Assembly: GCA_018398765.1 (NCBI GenBank) | Contig: JAHBMJ010000332.1 | Coordinates: 124,001-188,000 of the forward strand | Length of the DNA: 64,000 bases | Direction: 5' to 3' | From: Chromera velia | Lineage: Eukaryota | Shown: positions 12,301 through 25,164 of the stretch, one piece after another | Position numbering within the stretch: the stretch's first letter is position 1 | Layout: each line of letters starts with the position of its first letter | Program-made: the position numbers and the translations under genes | Notes under the pieces: generated by a model | Databases searched by the model: none | What the model saw: the letters and a program-made list of their open reading frames with translations, nothing else | Told to the model about the DNA's origin: nothing

Positions 12301-13255
12301 ATCCATTGTGTACACATACACATGAAGTCGTCGGAACTTCCCTCCAAAAGAGCAAAGCTGAGAGAGTTCTTTCTACTGCAAAGTGATACGCTGTCGGAAG
12401 CCGAAAAGACTTGCACTTTCTATCTTGATGTTGAGCCAGGAGGCATTGGATGTATTTGATACCCCTGAGGGAACGGCAGGCCTGAAGTACGAAAAGTCAA
12501 GTGTGTGACTGCTACCACGTGGCTGGGTTGCCTTGTAATGGGTTGATATGTCCCGGTTGTACCGTTCCTCTCGACTGACAGTGACAGTAAAAAGGTGGAA
12601 GGATTTGAAGCTAGTGATGGCTGCTCATGAAGCAAACGATCAAACAATCAGAGCAATACACCTCGAGGAGTGAGGTCGTGACAGAGTGTTCTAAAGTCAC
12701 TTGGTTTGGTATGGTAGCTTAGTAAGAACGAGGATGGCCAATACACAAATAAGCTTTCAGGAAGCCATGAGTGGAGCAGTGTGTAGCTGCACCCTTTTCT
12801 TTTCTCTACATCCCTTTGCAGCTGTTAACAATTCGTTAACGCCGAGTTAGACGCATACATATGGGCATCATGCTCCTGGACTAGCTGGTGCTAGAGACCC
12901 ACAACTCTGATCGAGTCTTCCGGTCAACGACATACACAGGCGCTGGAGAGGTGCTTTTATTGGTGCCACCAGTATTTGCATTGGGCGCCTATCTCTGGGT
13001 GATCTTGGACTTGCGAGCACGTCTCACACATCCTGACGTTTTGAGATCGTTCTGAGTGTACGTATAGAGGTGATTTGCGTGGCCCCCCGGAGATTTTGGA
13101 CACGGATGCTATCGAGATGAAGTTCTTGAAGCTTTAACGACATCTATGGCGACTTGGATGAGATCTACTTCGGGCATTGAAGCGCATCCTCGACCCATTC
13201 TTTCATTTATCGCGAGGACGCGATTTCTCTGTCCGTGGCCGGGGGGGATCTGTGG

Positions 13256-13716
13256 AGTCCTACCCTGTGGTGCCGCCCTTTGAGCCTTCGCATGCGCCGT
13301 ACGTGACTGAGAGAGCCCGCGTGCCGACGCCACATGCCACCGCCGCGCTTTGCTTCGTACGTGTCGCACGCATCGATCAAAGTTGTCGGAGTCGAGTCTG
13401 ACCTTCGCATTCAAACAACATGCCAGTTGAGCAACGGATAGTATTGTTCGAGTCTGATGTCTGTTTGTTACAGATCAAAAGAGCTCTAGAGTCTGAGAGA
13501 GAGGAATGAGCAGAAACCGTGTATGATAGAATAAATCCAGCCGATTGGAATACCAGATCGCGCTAGAACTTAAACTGATGTAGGGATAAACCTTCTGTAA
13601 ACTGTTGCTTGACTGAGTGTTGCTCACGTTCCTTCTTTAGATCTTCCTAAGGTTCTTATCCTCGCTTTATTTTCTGTCTGGACGCCATAAGGCTGCCGGA
13701 CAGGAGGGACAAAGCA
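13256..13716 (+). repeat. Dispersed repeat, copy B (partner at 8171-8637)
   Basis: Near-identical direct copy. Confidence 0.95.
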
Positions 13717-14219
13717 ATATAAAATGAATATCTTCATATTTTTAGTATGATTCTAGTTCATATATTATATATTCAGCTAAATACTTAAGGTTACTTATGC
13801 ATGATATGATCAGTCAAATACTTAAACATATTACTCTAGATATTACTGGCAGTAGTGTAATTTATTACTGTATATAACTGTATACACATATTTTTTTTTC
13901 CACCATTACATGGCCCAGTAAGAAATTCATTGTACCCAAGTAGGTTAGACAGTCACGATCCAAATTTAAGATTTATTCACATCATTTACTTTTTTTTTCT
14001 TTAGCCGGCCTAAATTAGCCAACTTTACGCTTGAACGCTTAGAAAAAATATGTTTAAATGTGTTTAATAACTGTGATTCTAGCTCTATAGTCTGCATGTC
14101 AGTGCATTTTTCTAAAGTATAAACCAAACATATCAATTAGCATATCAATCGATTATAAAGAAATTTATAATAAAAAACTTTAGTATTCTATTGTAATCTA
14201 CAGCAAGACTCACTTACAG

Positions 14220-14475
14220 CTAGGCGTCGGCTAAAGAAAAAAAAAAAAAAAACAAAAGTAAGCGATCAGAGGAGATCTTTTTTTTTTTCTTTCTTTTTTT
14301 ACTTTTTTCCTCTGATGAGTCTGATTAACTTGAATGCTTAAAAACAGTTGTGTAACACATAAACAACACTTGTGCAACACTTGAACAACAGTTGCCTGAC
14401 TGAAAAAGAAAAAAAAAGAAAAAAAGTAAAGAGTTTTGGGGAATCTTTTTTTTTTTTTCTTTAGCCGACACCTAG
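14220..14475. mobile_element. MITE with an 8-bp target-site duplication (hAT-like)
   Basis: TIR CTAGG(C/T)GTCGGCTAAAGAAAAAAA at both ends. Perfect flanking direct repeat ACTTACAG at 14212-14219 and 14476-14483. Confidence 0.9.
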
Positions 14476-15721
14476 ACTTACAGTAACCTAGACACTAACT
14501 ACATATGGGCTAATATGATTCATGCTAGGATCCTACTAGTAAGCTAGGAATCCTAGGATCATGCAATGATGACTACATCATAATCATGATGATAATGATA
14601 TACGGAAATATATAAACACTTGTATAAGCAACTTGCAACTTACTGTAAATTCTTTCTAGTTGTTTAATTTCTCTTTCTACAGACCCTGCCTGTTTGATTC
14701 TACTCTATATCACGTGTTTCTTTGAGCCATGATGCTGGCCATGATGATAGCATGATCCACGTTGGTATCCAACCTCCCCCCAAAGTGTGGCTGTCTTGCA
14801 ACCGCGATTAAGAAAAAACGATCAGCCTTTGACAGCTGAATGTCTTGCTGAATACGGCTGAATATTGAATTTTGATCGATGTGTTGTCAGGAGGTCGAGT
14901 AAAGGGGGGACGTCCACCACGAAAGAAGAGAGGACGGGAGTGAGAAATGGTAAGAAGCTCGCAACACTCAAACCAACGCGAGTGAAAGAAATCAATAAAA
15001 TCATTTAAAGCGAAAGATGTATGGAAATCACTTCACTTGATTCAAGATTAAAGATCATGCATGCATGTAGTGTTCATAACATCGACATATGAAGAAACAG
15101 ACGATGTTCACAAAGACATGTGAGGTGTCGACCGACACCGCATGCATGCATACAAGTACAAGGTGGGTAGGGCAATCAACCCAAGATAGAGATGAGACAG
15201 AAACCCTTGCTGAAGGAAGCCTTTGGACGCTGACTCGGAATGGAGACGTGCTTCGCATCTCCACAAAAAAGGGGACCACCCTTTGCCCACCCCATAGATT
15301 GACAGGCCAACTTGAAGCCCTCATGCAAGAAGGGACCGGTTTCAATCTTTCCAGTCAATTGATGGATGGGCCAGGATGGCTTCAAGTTGATTGATGAATC
15401 GATTTGGCAAGTCATATATTTGAAGAGAAGAAAGGAAGGGAGGGACGATGAAACAAAAGAAGAGAAACACAGAGAAACATTAAGTTAAATCAAGATTTGT
15501 ACAAACGACCTTTCATTAGAGGCCGCGCGCATGCAAGTCAGATCGAAGTCATTAAAAGACAAATGAAGAGAGTCATACAGATGGCTGAAATTCTAAATCT
15601 TTTTCCCTCGCCCCTATGGAGTCCCTCTCCCACTTTCCTCATTGCATGCAGTCATTCATGATACCATTGCCGTACCAATCCCCTCCCAGACCCCCCAGGC
15701 CCTCTCCTCGCCCCTCGAAGG

Positions 15722-17403
15722 CTATCTACCGATGGCATGCCAAAGAGCTAGCTGAGGGGCTTGCCCCAACAGTGTCTGTCTGATTGCTTTCCAGATTTCA
15801 CCATGTTTCCTTCAGTTTTGTTTACTTTTCCTTTCTGTGTCTCTCTCTTCAGTCAAAGTCCTCACCAACAGAGGCGAAGAAAATCTGAAAAATGAGAGGA
15901 AGAGAAAAAAGGCAGTAACAGGATCGTGAATTGTAGTGTTGACAAAGAAAGAAGCGAAGGATGCGAAGGGAAAACAAAACTCCTCACTCTCGAGTGCGTC
16001 TCTATCTCCCTCAGCCTTTTCCTCATCTTCCTTAACTTCGTCTTCCTCTTCTGTAATGCTTCTTTCATTTCTTTGCAGCAGCTGTTCCATTACGCTCGTC
16101 ATTCGAATCATCAGTTCGGTTTCTTCTTCACTCGTCTCTTCGAAGTCTTCCAGTTGAGACAGGGACAGCATAGAGGAGGAAAGCCTGAGGCTCGAGTACG
16201 ACGCCCCGCAAGAAACGCGCTCCCCCACTTCCACCAGACGCAGCTCAAGGTCTTTGACCATCTGCGTCGTGCGTGAAAGGAGGCCATCCAATGGCATGCC
16301 GGCAGACTGAGTGCTTTCACCGCTTTGAGACACAGAGAGTGCAAAAGCAGCACCCTTCTCCTCCTCAGTTTCCTTGATATCTTCAAGTTGGATTCTCTTC
16401 ACCGCAATCTCGTCATAGGCCTTCTTCATCTCGGTGCGAAAGATCTTCTCTCGGTCGGTGTCCTTCTCTTCCAGAAGTTGAAGACGCTCTCTGAGAACTT
16501 CGTTCTCACGGGTCAGGGCGATCACTTTGGACTCTGCCCGAGCATCATTATGAGAAACTGTTGGAGGAATACAGATGTTTGTATCCATCGATGCAGGAAG
16601 AGAGGGGGGCACTTCGGCCTTCACGCTCTCATCCGTCTCGAAGTCCGAAGGCTCAGTCAGGCTAGCAGTCAGGTTGGCGGAGGAATCCGATGTGTTGTTG
16701 TACTGAATGCGGGCGTTGTAGATTTTTCTCAAAAAGTCGTACCGCTCCTTCATCTCTTCCTCGGACTTGCGGGCCTCTGTCAGTTCTTCCTCCTTTTTGG
16801 TGGCCTCGTCTTGGAAGTGCTTGACCTGGGCGCAGAGACCAACGATGAGCGTGCGCTGTTCCTCGATCTTCACCATCATCTCTGCGTTCGTTTTCTCCAG
16901 CAAGAGAATCTCCTCGTCGCTCCTGCTCTGGCGCTGCTGCTGCAGCTCGACCTGTCTTGGGGAGAAAGGTCGGCTCACACTCGAGGAGGAGGCGGTGGAT
17001 GCGGTCGACAGTCGCCGGGTGTCATGCCGAGACGCCTTCTTCGGAACGGAATCGGATTCCAGGTTTGTCTGGCTGTCATTCCGTGTCGTAGTTGACAAGC
17101 TAGAGGAGGACATGGGACCTACCGACGTCACTGGAGACGCTGCAAACAAGAAATAGGATGCACAATGCATTGATAGCTAGATTGATACACACAAATTGAG
17201 AAGCAGAGGATTAACAAAGTAACAGTTCACGTTTCAGTCTCAATACAACGCTGACTGTTGCGCAACTGTTGCGCAAAGAGGCACATTCAAGTTCCTTCCA
17301 AACAAACGAACGCAGAAAACTAAATAAAACTAAACGTCTACTGACCCCCAACTTTTCTCCGTTGTGCCGCCGTAAGAGGCTGAGGTCCCGAAGACGTTGG
17401 CAT
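15722..17403 (-). CDS. Coiled-coil hypothetical protein (exons 17403-17346, 17139-15988, 15884-15866, about 15809-15722)
   Basis: The large E/K-rich heptad exon is well supported, with phase-compatible GT-AG joins (MPTSSGPQPLTAAQRRKVG|ASPV...ALE|NFLRLC|WKHG...). The last two exons are less certain. Confidence 0.75.
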
Positions 17404-17944
17404 CCTTCACAAGATAGAGGCACGTCTGGAGGAATCGCGCTGTCGAGGCTGTCAGATTCAGTCACTTGAAGAACACACGGACACGGATAGAGATGCAGGC
17501 TTGAAAGAGACCGACAGCGAAAAAGACACGTTAGAACGAGAAGGGAAAGATCAGAGATAAGGGAATATGTGAAGTAGATGGTTGCGTCTGTACAGCAGCG
17601 CGTTTGCGGTCGACTGGCTGTTCATGAGAGCAGATCGAGCAAACTTTTCGGAGACGCGTACGTGTTCGTATATATATACGTGTCGAATTGGCAATTAACC
17701 GAAGAATCGGCTAATTTGCATGAGCCGTAAGTGCCCCGCAGCCCCGAGCTCCCTCCCGCGGCCCTCTTCGCTTTACGGGACCACTTTCTCCGAAAGACTC
17801 TGCGAAAGACGACTGCATGCATGTGTTGCTTGCAACATGCACTGTGAAACACTGCATGTGCAATTAACAAATCTTCAACGTCATCTGTTGTCAAATCAAC
17901 AATCTACTCCGATGTCTCACTCTGACTCTCTTTTCACTTCCAAG

Positions 17945-18785
17945 ATGTCAACTAAATCAGCTATTGCAACTCTGTCCTTCACTCTTGCAGCTTGGCTTGC
18001 AGATGCCAAGCCTCTGCTAAGCCGCCAACAGAAATATATACCCTCCTGCTGAAATTGATGCGCAGTCGCCAACTATCGTGGCACCCACTCAAAACCACAC
18101 TGACACTGCCCACCTGGCTCCAGCTGTGGACTCTGCTTCCCCCTCTCCCAGCTACTTGAACTTTGACACCGTGGACCAGTGCGAAGGCTGGCTCAGAACA
18201 GCACATTGAAGAGTTTTGCCGCTTCTTCGAGAACAAAGGCAAAGTGTGGGCCGACAGAACTGAGTGCCGCTTTGACGTCGGCTTCTACACTTTTGAGAAT
18301 CACACACCATACGCTATGAAATTTGCGTCACACAACATCCCCCAGGGCTATCTCTGGGTGTACGACAACGGTTACCCTAAGCAGGTCAACAAGCATGAGT
18401 CGCCTAGATGAGTCGCACGATACCCTTGCTGGATGGTTCCGAGAAATTCCTCCTGCAAAGGACGGCAAGCCCGGAAAGTACTGTATGCTGGGAACTGCAT
18501 ACTGGCGAATCGTCAAGAAGTCCCGTGCGGGTGCCAAGGCCGACATTACGTTCACGAGCAGCGAGACTGCTGAGGACGTCACACTTCAGGTCTACTCGCC
18601 TTGGGATATATACGCCTCTCAAGGGTTACTCGCGTATCGTTGTGGAGCCTCAGGGAGAATCTGCTTTCGTGGCGGAGCCTGGTAGCCTGGAGATGGCCGA
18701 GCACCCAAAGCCTAGCTATGGGGGCCACTTTCACTCGCCTGGATACGGGACATGGCCGACCTCCCCGGCGTTGAAGTTGAAGTAA
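17945..18785 (+). pseudogene. Pseudogene of a secreted Cys-containing protein
   Basis: Signal peptide MSTKSAIATLSFTLAAWLADA is followed by protein-like text across three in-frame TGA codons and about three frameshifts (ORF pieces at 18163, 18323 and 18408). Confidence 0.6.
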
Positions 18786-19316
18786 ATCTGCATGCATGGA
18801 AGGGACTGACAGTGGTCCGACTTGACTCTGCTTGAATTAAGGCGACCTGGTGCTTTGACTGGATGGATTGGGCCGAAGATGCAGAAGACGGTTGGGAAAA
18901 GAAACGCTGATGTGGCACCCAAGCACAGAAAACGCCCATGTCGTTGCAGGAACGAAGAGGAAGCATGCACCTCGAATGTTTTTTTGTGTCGGGAGGAGGG
19001 CGCGCGGAACTCGACGGATGTTTGAAGAATTGATCGGTTGAGGCTGATTGCACGGGCGAATGAATGAATGAATGAATGAATGAATGAATGAATGAACAAC
19101 TGGCTCCACCATGTTTGTTGACGACAACAGTGTACACCAGCGCATGGAGTTTTCAAGAACGTGCACTCTCTTTCTTTTTATCTTTTCCCCCACTCTTCTC
19201 TCCCGTCCGCTCTAAAGAAGCCGGAGAATTGAGCAAGACATTCTGCACCGTTTCTGCAGCCAAACGCCAGGAAGGGAGATGAGTAACTCCTCATTAAAAG
19301 TGGGGAGTTCCTGCTT

Positions 19317-19947
19317 GGGGGGGGCATTGACTTAAAGTTTGTTCCTAGCGTCTGGCCTATACGTCTTTCATCTCTTCCTTCTGTCCTAGTTACTGCTCTC
19401 GCTACTAGCTCTCTCTCTCATACGACCTCATACTTGACGCTCCTCCATCTGAATGCCTTCTTCGGTGTTTACTAAGTACTTCCTACCCCTCAGTCATAAC
19501 CAGTGCACTGCCTACTCCTCCTTCCTCCCAGCCCTCCCCTTGCACTCCTCTGGTCCCCCGAATGCACGCGCTTGCCGCTTTCAGGTGGAGTTCCTGCTTG
19601 GGGTGCAAAGAATTCGGTATTCTGCATTTTTCTATAGTTGAAGGATCTGTTGGAAGCTTGCGATCACTGGTAATCCATGACAAGCTTCGTGACAAATCAA
19701 CTCAATCGTACATGTTTGTTTAGAGGTTTTGTAGAAAAGGTAAACAAATAATCCAAGTTCTGCTTATATGGAATACTACCATAATCTACTTTTTTTTGGG
19801 GGGGGGCATTGACTTAAAGTTTGTTCCTAGCGTCTGGCCTATACGTCTTTCGTCTCTTCTTTCTGTCCTGGTTACTGCTCTCGCTGCTAGCTCTCTCTCT
19901 CTCATGCGACCTCATACTTGACGCTCCTCCGTCCGAATGCCTTCTTC
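19317..19947 (+). repeat. Local duplication of about 147 bp (19317-19463 and 19798-19947)
   Basis: Direct alignment shows 7 substitutions plus one CT-repeat indel. Confidence 0.95.
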
Positions 19948-20356
19948 TACCATGCATGCAGGAATATACATACACGTACGATTACTGTTTACTATATAAA
20001 CTAAGTATAATTCTAAGTACTTATACAATCAAATTTACAGTCTGAGTTGATTTATATCATAAATCAAATATGATCATGTTACATATATATACCCTACAAA
20101 ACCGAGTAAAATTTCTTAGGAATTTAATGGAATTTAACTTAAGTAAATTTTGTTTTAGAATGTGTCAGTTAGCTTTCATAGAATTTAGATTAAGTTGACG
20201 GTCGCATTCCTATAGTCAATTCTAGAGCTAATCATAGAATCAAACTAAATTTTTAAATAATGTGAATAAATCATATTTTTAGTTTTTGTACGTTGAAGTT
20301 TAATTGCTAGTTTAATTATGTTTATATTAGTACTACTGTAGTATTAGTATAACGTC

Positions 20357-20954
20357 TAGTGATGATGATGATGAGGTGACTTAACCCGCCAGCCATCGTG
20401 TCCCAATGGCAAAGGGCAGTCTGTGAGCATTCATGTCATATTGCAAGCTAGGAGCACACTAGCGAATGCTCACCTAAAGCGGCCGAACTTTAGGACCACT
20501 AGCTAGCAGAACACTGCTCCCTAGGATCGATCAGTCCGGTCCTAGGCATGCAGCAATGAGGGTACTAGCCTTTCGGGCGTCCCTCTAAAGAAGAAGCGAG
20601 AAGCACCACCTTACCCGCTCCTCGGCCTGCCCCACCCCCCTACCCCCTCGGGCTTCCTGTCTCTCTCCATGCTCACACACTTCTTCTATCAACATACGCT
20701 CCAGTCGCCTATACCAGAGATCACTCAGTCTCCCCCGCGGCCCCTCCGTTCGGACATAAGTTGTCAGACGGTGAATCGGATCGTCAATCAATTTCTCCCA
20801 ACTTTTCTCTTCATAGGCTTTGCAAATTGATTCAACCCTCCCCCCATGGTTTGCCTCCCCTTTAACAATGGCGCACAACAAAGGGCGGAAAACTGCCCCG
20901 GGGGAAGATAAGAACTGCTTGGGGAGAGGTTCCGCCGAGGCAGACCATGAGACC
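20357..20954 (-). mobile_element. 5'-truncated non-LTR-type retroposon with a (CAT)n tail
   Basis: 12-bp TSD TAGTATAA(C/T)GTC at 20345-20356 and 20955-20966. An ORF C-terminus ends at 20585, followed by a 3'UTR and a (CAT)n tail. Confidence 0.75.
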
Positions 20955-21469
20955 TAGTATAATGTCGTATTAGTTAAAACGTGATTCATGCAAATCCCTA
21001 GGTAAATCCTAATCTCATTGATTTTTTATATCTGAATTAACTTAGACGACTACAAATTAACTTTGAATTAATTCATGTTTTTATTTATAAAGACAACTTT
21101 TCTCGTTATATCAGTTGGCCAGAGCTCAAGTGGTGTGCTCACCACTGAGTCACCAGCTTTAACTGCCTCAATTCAATTCAAAATTCATTCATATATGGCA
21201 TCACAATTGTAGTTACAATTACCCCATTTTTTATTTATTGCTGTCAGTTTTATGTTTGTAATCGAATTCTTGACCTGCTGTTACTCTTTTATTTGGGTTG
21301 TGACTCTTTTCTTTCTTCTTTAGGGTGCTAGTTTAGTAGCTCTGCTGCCTCTCTGTTTTCGTTTTCTTTTTTGGCAGACCTGCATTTGATTTTTGAATTG
21401 ACTTTCTTTTCACAGAGAGAGAGGCAGGCGAACAGACGGACAGACGGACGGACAGGCAGGCAGACAGAC

Positions 21470-22400
21470 TGCCTGCACCATTGATCAGGAACCTGTGCAT
21501 GAGGGATAGACTACTGGTACATATTTTCTTCGACAGAAAGCTTGACGAGCACATCTAGCTGTTTTGGTTTCTGACTCTCACGCGCATCAAAGCTTAACAA
21601 CAAAAAAAGAAACAGGGAATAAACGTCTTTGGGGCCTGGTCACTCTCACTCGTACACTGCCGGCCGTCCATCTCCGCTTTGAGTCAGCAATCTAGGTCTC
21701 TCCGGCGAGACGCACGCAGCTAACCACCTTCTACCTGGAGTCGACTCACCTTGGAGGATCTTGCAGGTCCCACTCACTCAGCCACCCTCCTTCGTTGACG
21801 TTCTGGTCGATTTGTCTTCGGTGAGACTCGCACTCTGAAGAGCCAACGTTCCTGTCAAGTCCTCTGCACCAAGTCGCCTGCGGACAGACATCTCATAAGA
21901 GAGAGAGAAGCAGGGTGTGCAGTTTGCCACGGTACATGCATGTGCTTTTTCTTTCTCCATCAATGCCTTCCATCCGGGCAGAATTGCCATTTCCTTTTAG
22001 CTCCTCCACCTAGCACTTGTTGACAAGGAGACCCGGATTTCTCAGCATTCTTGACGGACTCCAGAATCAGGCGCCCTCCTCACGCCTGCATGCAATCGTA
22101 TGATTGCATGTCCCGCCATCCGGCCTCGCTGCACGGGAACTCTGGGTAACCATGTAGAACTGGCGAACTGTTTTGGAATAGCCCACAATGTATCTACCCG
22201 ATTCCCATGTTTAGAAAGAAGCACAGCCAAACCGAGAAGCAAAGCACTGCCCTGACCTGCAGCCAACATGCCGAATCGGATCCCTCAGCAACGTCTCCCG
22301 AGCAAGGAGAAAAGCCTTTCGTACGTGCTTCCAGCCTGCACCATTGATCAGGAGCCAGTGCATGAGGGATAGACTACTTGTACATATTTTCTTCGACAGA
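21470..22400. repeat. Local duplication of about 68 bp (21470-21537 and 22333-22400) in a degenerate region
   Basis: gcctgcaccattgatcagga...tattttcttcgacaga occurs twice. Confidence 0.85.
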
Positions 22401-22484
22401 GACGCCAAAGAGAGAGAGAGAGAGAGAGAAAGAAAGAACGAACGAACGAACGAACGAAAGAAAGAAAGAAAGAAAGAGAGACAA

Positions 22485-22516
<32 letters not shown>

Positions 22517-23199
22517 GCAGGCAGACAGGCAGGCAAAGGCTCCAATGCCGTCCCCTGCCTGACCTCCCGAATTAAAGGGAACTCCCGAGAGATCCCCCTT
22601 TCCCGCAGAGAGCACCTTTACAGAGAGGTGCTCTCTGTCCAGGTGATCACCGACGCGATTGTTGGATTTACCTCAAGGCATTCTCCCCGGAGGCGAACAG
22701 CGAGGGCGTCAACCGCGAATTGTGGGATCATGCTTTTTTGCCGTTCCCACTGGAATTCTCCGATCAAGGCAGTACAGACAATAAAGAACGCGAAGGGGGG
22801 GGAATTAAAGACTGGGGTCAGCACGCTGTGAAAAAAAAAGCATGCATGCATGTGTACATGGAAAGCACCCATGAGAGACACTGAAGAGATTCACTCACGG
22901 TCTGTGTGGCCTCAGGACGGAAGGAGAGTGGGGAAACGTGAACGGTGAGTACGTCTGTCTGTTTCCCCAGGTGCCTGCCTGCCAAGCAAGGGAAGGAGAG
23001 TCTTCTGAGCTATAGGAGTGCAAGCTATATAGCTATAGAGTGAGGAGAGTGCGTGGAAAGCTATAGGTCGATCTGCATGTGTATTCTTCTTTAGTGTCTC
23101 TCTGGTCCTTTGTCGGGCCAGTATGCATCTTGCCTAGGCATAGGTCCTGTCCGTCTGTTATGGCCAATCTGTTGCAAGCGCAAGCCCCTCGTGTATCGG

Positions 23200-23330
23200 T
23201 TCATGCATGCATGCATGTGGTATCAGACATGCGCTCAGTGCCATGCATGCAGGGGTCCGCGGCCGCGACTGCCGGGGCCGCAAGTGCATGCATGCATGCG
23301 GCAAACGGGAAGTCACGCCGGTGCCGCCGG
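23200..23330. promoter_or_regulatory. Putative promoter (TGCATGCA repeats plus CCGCGGCCGCG)
   Basis: Motif cluster about 150-280 bp upstream of the ATG at 23485. Confidence 0.5.
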
Positions 23331-23484
23331 TCGCAGTTCATGCAGCTTCTGTCGCTGCTTCTGGGGTTCTCAGCATGCTCTCAACCTTCCTTCACTGGTG
23401 CATTGAGAACACATGGGAAGATTCTCTCCTTCGTGAAGTGCGATCACCGCTCATCTGCATGTTTTGTCGTGCCAGGTGTTTGTG

Positions 23485-24438
23485 ATGTCTCGCAGTCTCC
23501 CCCGTCTCCTTTTCCTGCTGCTCTCTGCAGTAGGGCTCACAAGGGGATTTGTCTTATCGCCGAGTGGACATCTTAGGAGGGAGACACCGACCTCGCTCCG
23601 CATGGTCTCTATCGACGCGACCGAAGTAAATCCCAGCACGGCGACCATCCGCTTTACAGGCATTGAGGAGTTCGGAAGTGCCTACCCGAAATTTCAGATC
23701 AAAGTGCAAGCCCACGAGTCAGAGGGAGGGGCATCGAACATGCAGATCGTCAAGGACCTCTCCCACCCCCTCAGATTGACCGGTCTGTCTCCAGCCACCT
23801 CCTACAAGATTCGTCTCTTTGCTGTGGAGGATGAGCCTCCTGCCGTCTCCCCAACGTTCACCCAACTCCAGGAGACGGCAATCTCCACCCCTGCCGATAA
23901 CCAGGGAGCACTGACGGAGCTATCGCGTCTGGAAGTGCGTGCGGGCAGGATTGTGAGTGTGGAGGCCCATCCGAATGCTGACAGTCTGTATGTTGAGACG
24001 ATAGATGTGGGTGAAGAGAAACCCCGCACGATCGTGTCGGGACTCCGGAAATTCTGCACTCTAGAAGAACTGCAGAATCGGGAGGTGGTCGTGCTCTGCA
24101 ACCTGAAACCCCGAGCCATGAGGGGCGTCGTCTCTGCAGGGATGCTTCTGTGTGCGTCAGATGAGGGGAAGTCGAAGGTGGAACCTCTCGCACCGCCCCC
24201 CGGCACAAAACCAGGCGAATTGGTCATGTTTGAAGGAAGCTCCTCACGTCCATGTACGCCTGGGGACAGAGCGGGGAGGGCTTTCGAGAAGGTCGCTGCT
24301 GGTTTGGTGACTGATGACAAGGGTGTGGCTAGGGCAAAAACCACAGGGGGGCCTTTCGGAGAACTGGAGGAGCCTGTAACGTTCAGTCTCCCTGGAGGGC
24401 CCTGTACTGCAGGGATCACCAATGGGAGAGTTAGTTAG
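23485..24438 (+). CDS. FN3-like + tRNA-binding OB-fold (Trbp111/EMAPII/Myf-type) protein with a bipartite plastid-type leader
   Basis: Single exon. LEVRAGRIVSVEAHPNADSLYVETIDVGEEKPRTIVSGL...NLKPRAMRGVVSAGMLLCAS is the tRNA_bind signature. LTGLSPATSYKIRLFA is FN3-like. A signal peptide is followed by F (LTRG-FVLSPS). Confidence 0.9.
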   Translation: MSRSLPRLLFLLLSAVGLTRGFVLSPSGHLRRETPTSLRMVSIDATEVNPSTATIRFTGIEEFGSAYPKFQIKVQAHESEGGASNMQIVKDLSHPLRLTGLSPATSYKIRLFAVEDEPPAVSPTFTQLQETAISTPADNQGALTELSRLEVRAGRIVSVEAHPNADSLYVETIDVGEEKPRTIVSGLRKFCTLEELQNREVVVLCNLKPRAMRGVVSAGMLLCASDEGKSKVEPLAPPPGTKPGELVMFEGSSSRPCTPGDRAGRAFEKVAAGLVTDDKGVARAKTTGGPFGELEEPVTFSLPGGPCTAGITNGRVS

Positions 24439-24847
24439 TGCCCTGACTTTAGTTGCCTCGTGGACAGGCTGTAGTTTTTATTAATACTGATTGGTCAGAT
24501 AAAGGACTGGACGCTCCAAGTTTGACCGTCTTCTTTTCTCTACATGTTACTGCGGCTATTTACCTTTGCTTTATGTTTCTTCATTTATTTGCAAGGTCTT
24601 CTGCATCTTATCTGTCTTCTTGGAGCTGTCTGATTTCTCCCCCAGCTCCTTTCCGTTCACACACTTCCCTCTGCCTTCCAACCTTTCCAGACTGGCAGAG
24701 TACCTTTTGACCGATCTCTTCTCGACTCTGCTTCACTCATCCCTCACGGCCGGAGTACGTGAGAACTTCCTTCACAGGCACGAGGCAATCGATGCGTCCA
24801 AGTAACATCTGTACCGGAAAGAGCAGAAGACATAGAAAGAGAGGAGG

Positions 24848-24859
24848 ACACACACACAC

Positions 24860-24891
<32 letters not shown>

Positions 24892-25121
24892 GTTGCCTCC
24901 TTCTCGACTCTTCCTTTGTTTTTTGTTCGTTTTTTTTTTTCTTTCTTTTTCTTTGTCTTTTCTTCTTTTTTCCCTCCCCTCCTTCCCTCCTTCCTTCCCT
25001 CCCTCCTTCCCTCCTTCCTTCCTTCCTTCCCTCCCTCCTTCCCCCCTAGCTTCTCTTCTCCTTCGCCTTCTTTCTTTCTTTTCTTTTCTTTTCTTTTCTT
25101 TTCTTTCTTTCTTTCTTTCTT

Positions 25122-25164
<43 letters not shown>

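Noticed and set aside
12850..13130. Kinase-like words (GDLGLA, PPEIL)
   Set aside because: They lie in different frames with many stops, and there are no HRD or VAIK motifs.
8171..13716. LTR retrotransposon bounded by the 465-bp direct repeats
   Set aside because: No TG...CA ends, PBS/PPT, TSD or gag/pol motifs were seen.
14860..15394. Small + strand two-exon gene
   Set aside because: The upstream piece has stops and a phase conflict, and no recognisable product.
18040..18110. Selenoprotein (three in-frame TGA codons near Cys residues)
   Set aside because: The same gene also has frameshifts, no SECIS was identified, and CGA>TGA decay explains the codons.
23802..24422. Antisense ORFs over real genes (also 16325-17095, 5217-5762 and 1463-1918)
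   Set aside because: They are shadow ORFs of GC-rich coding sequence on the opposite strand.
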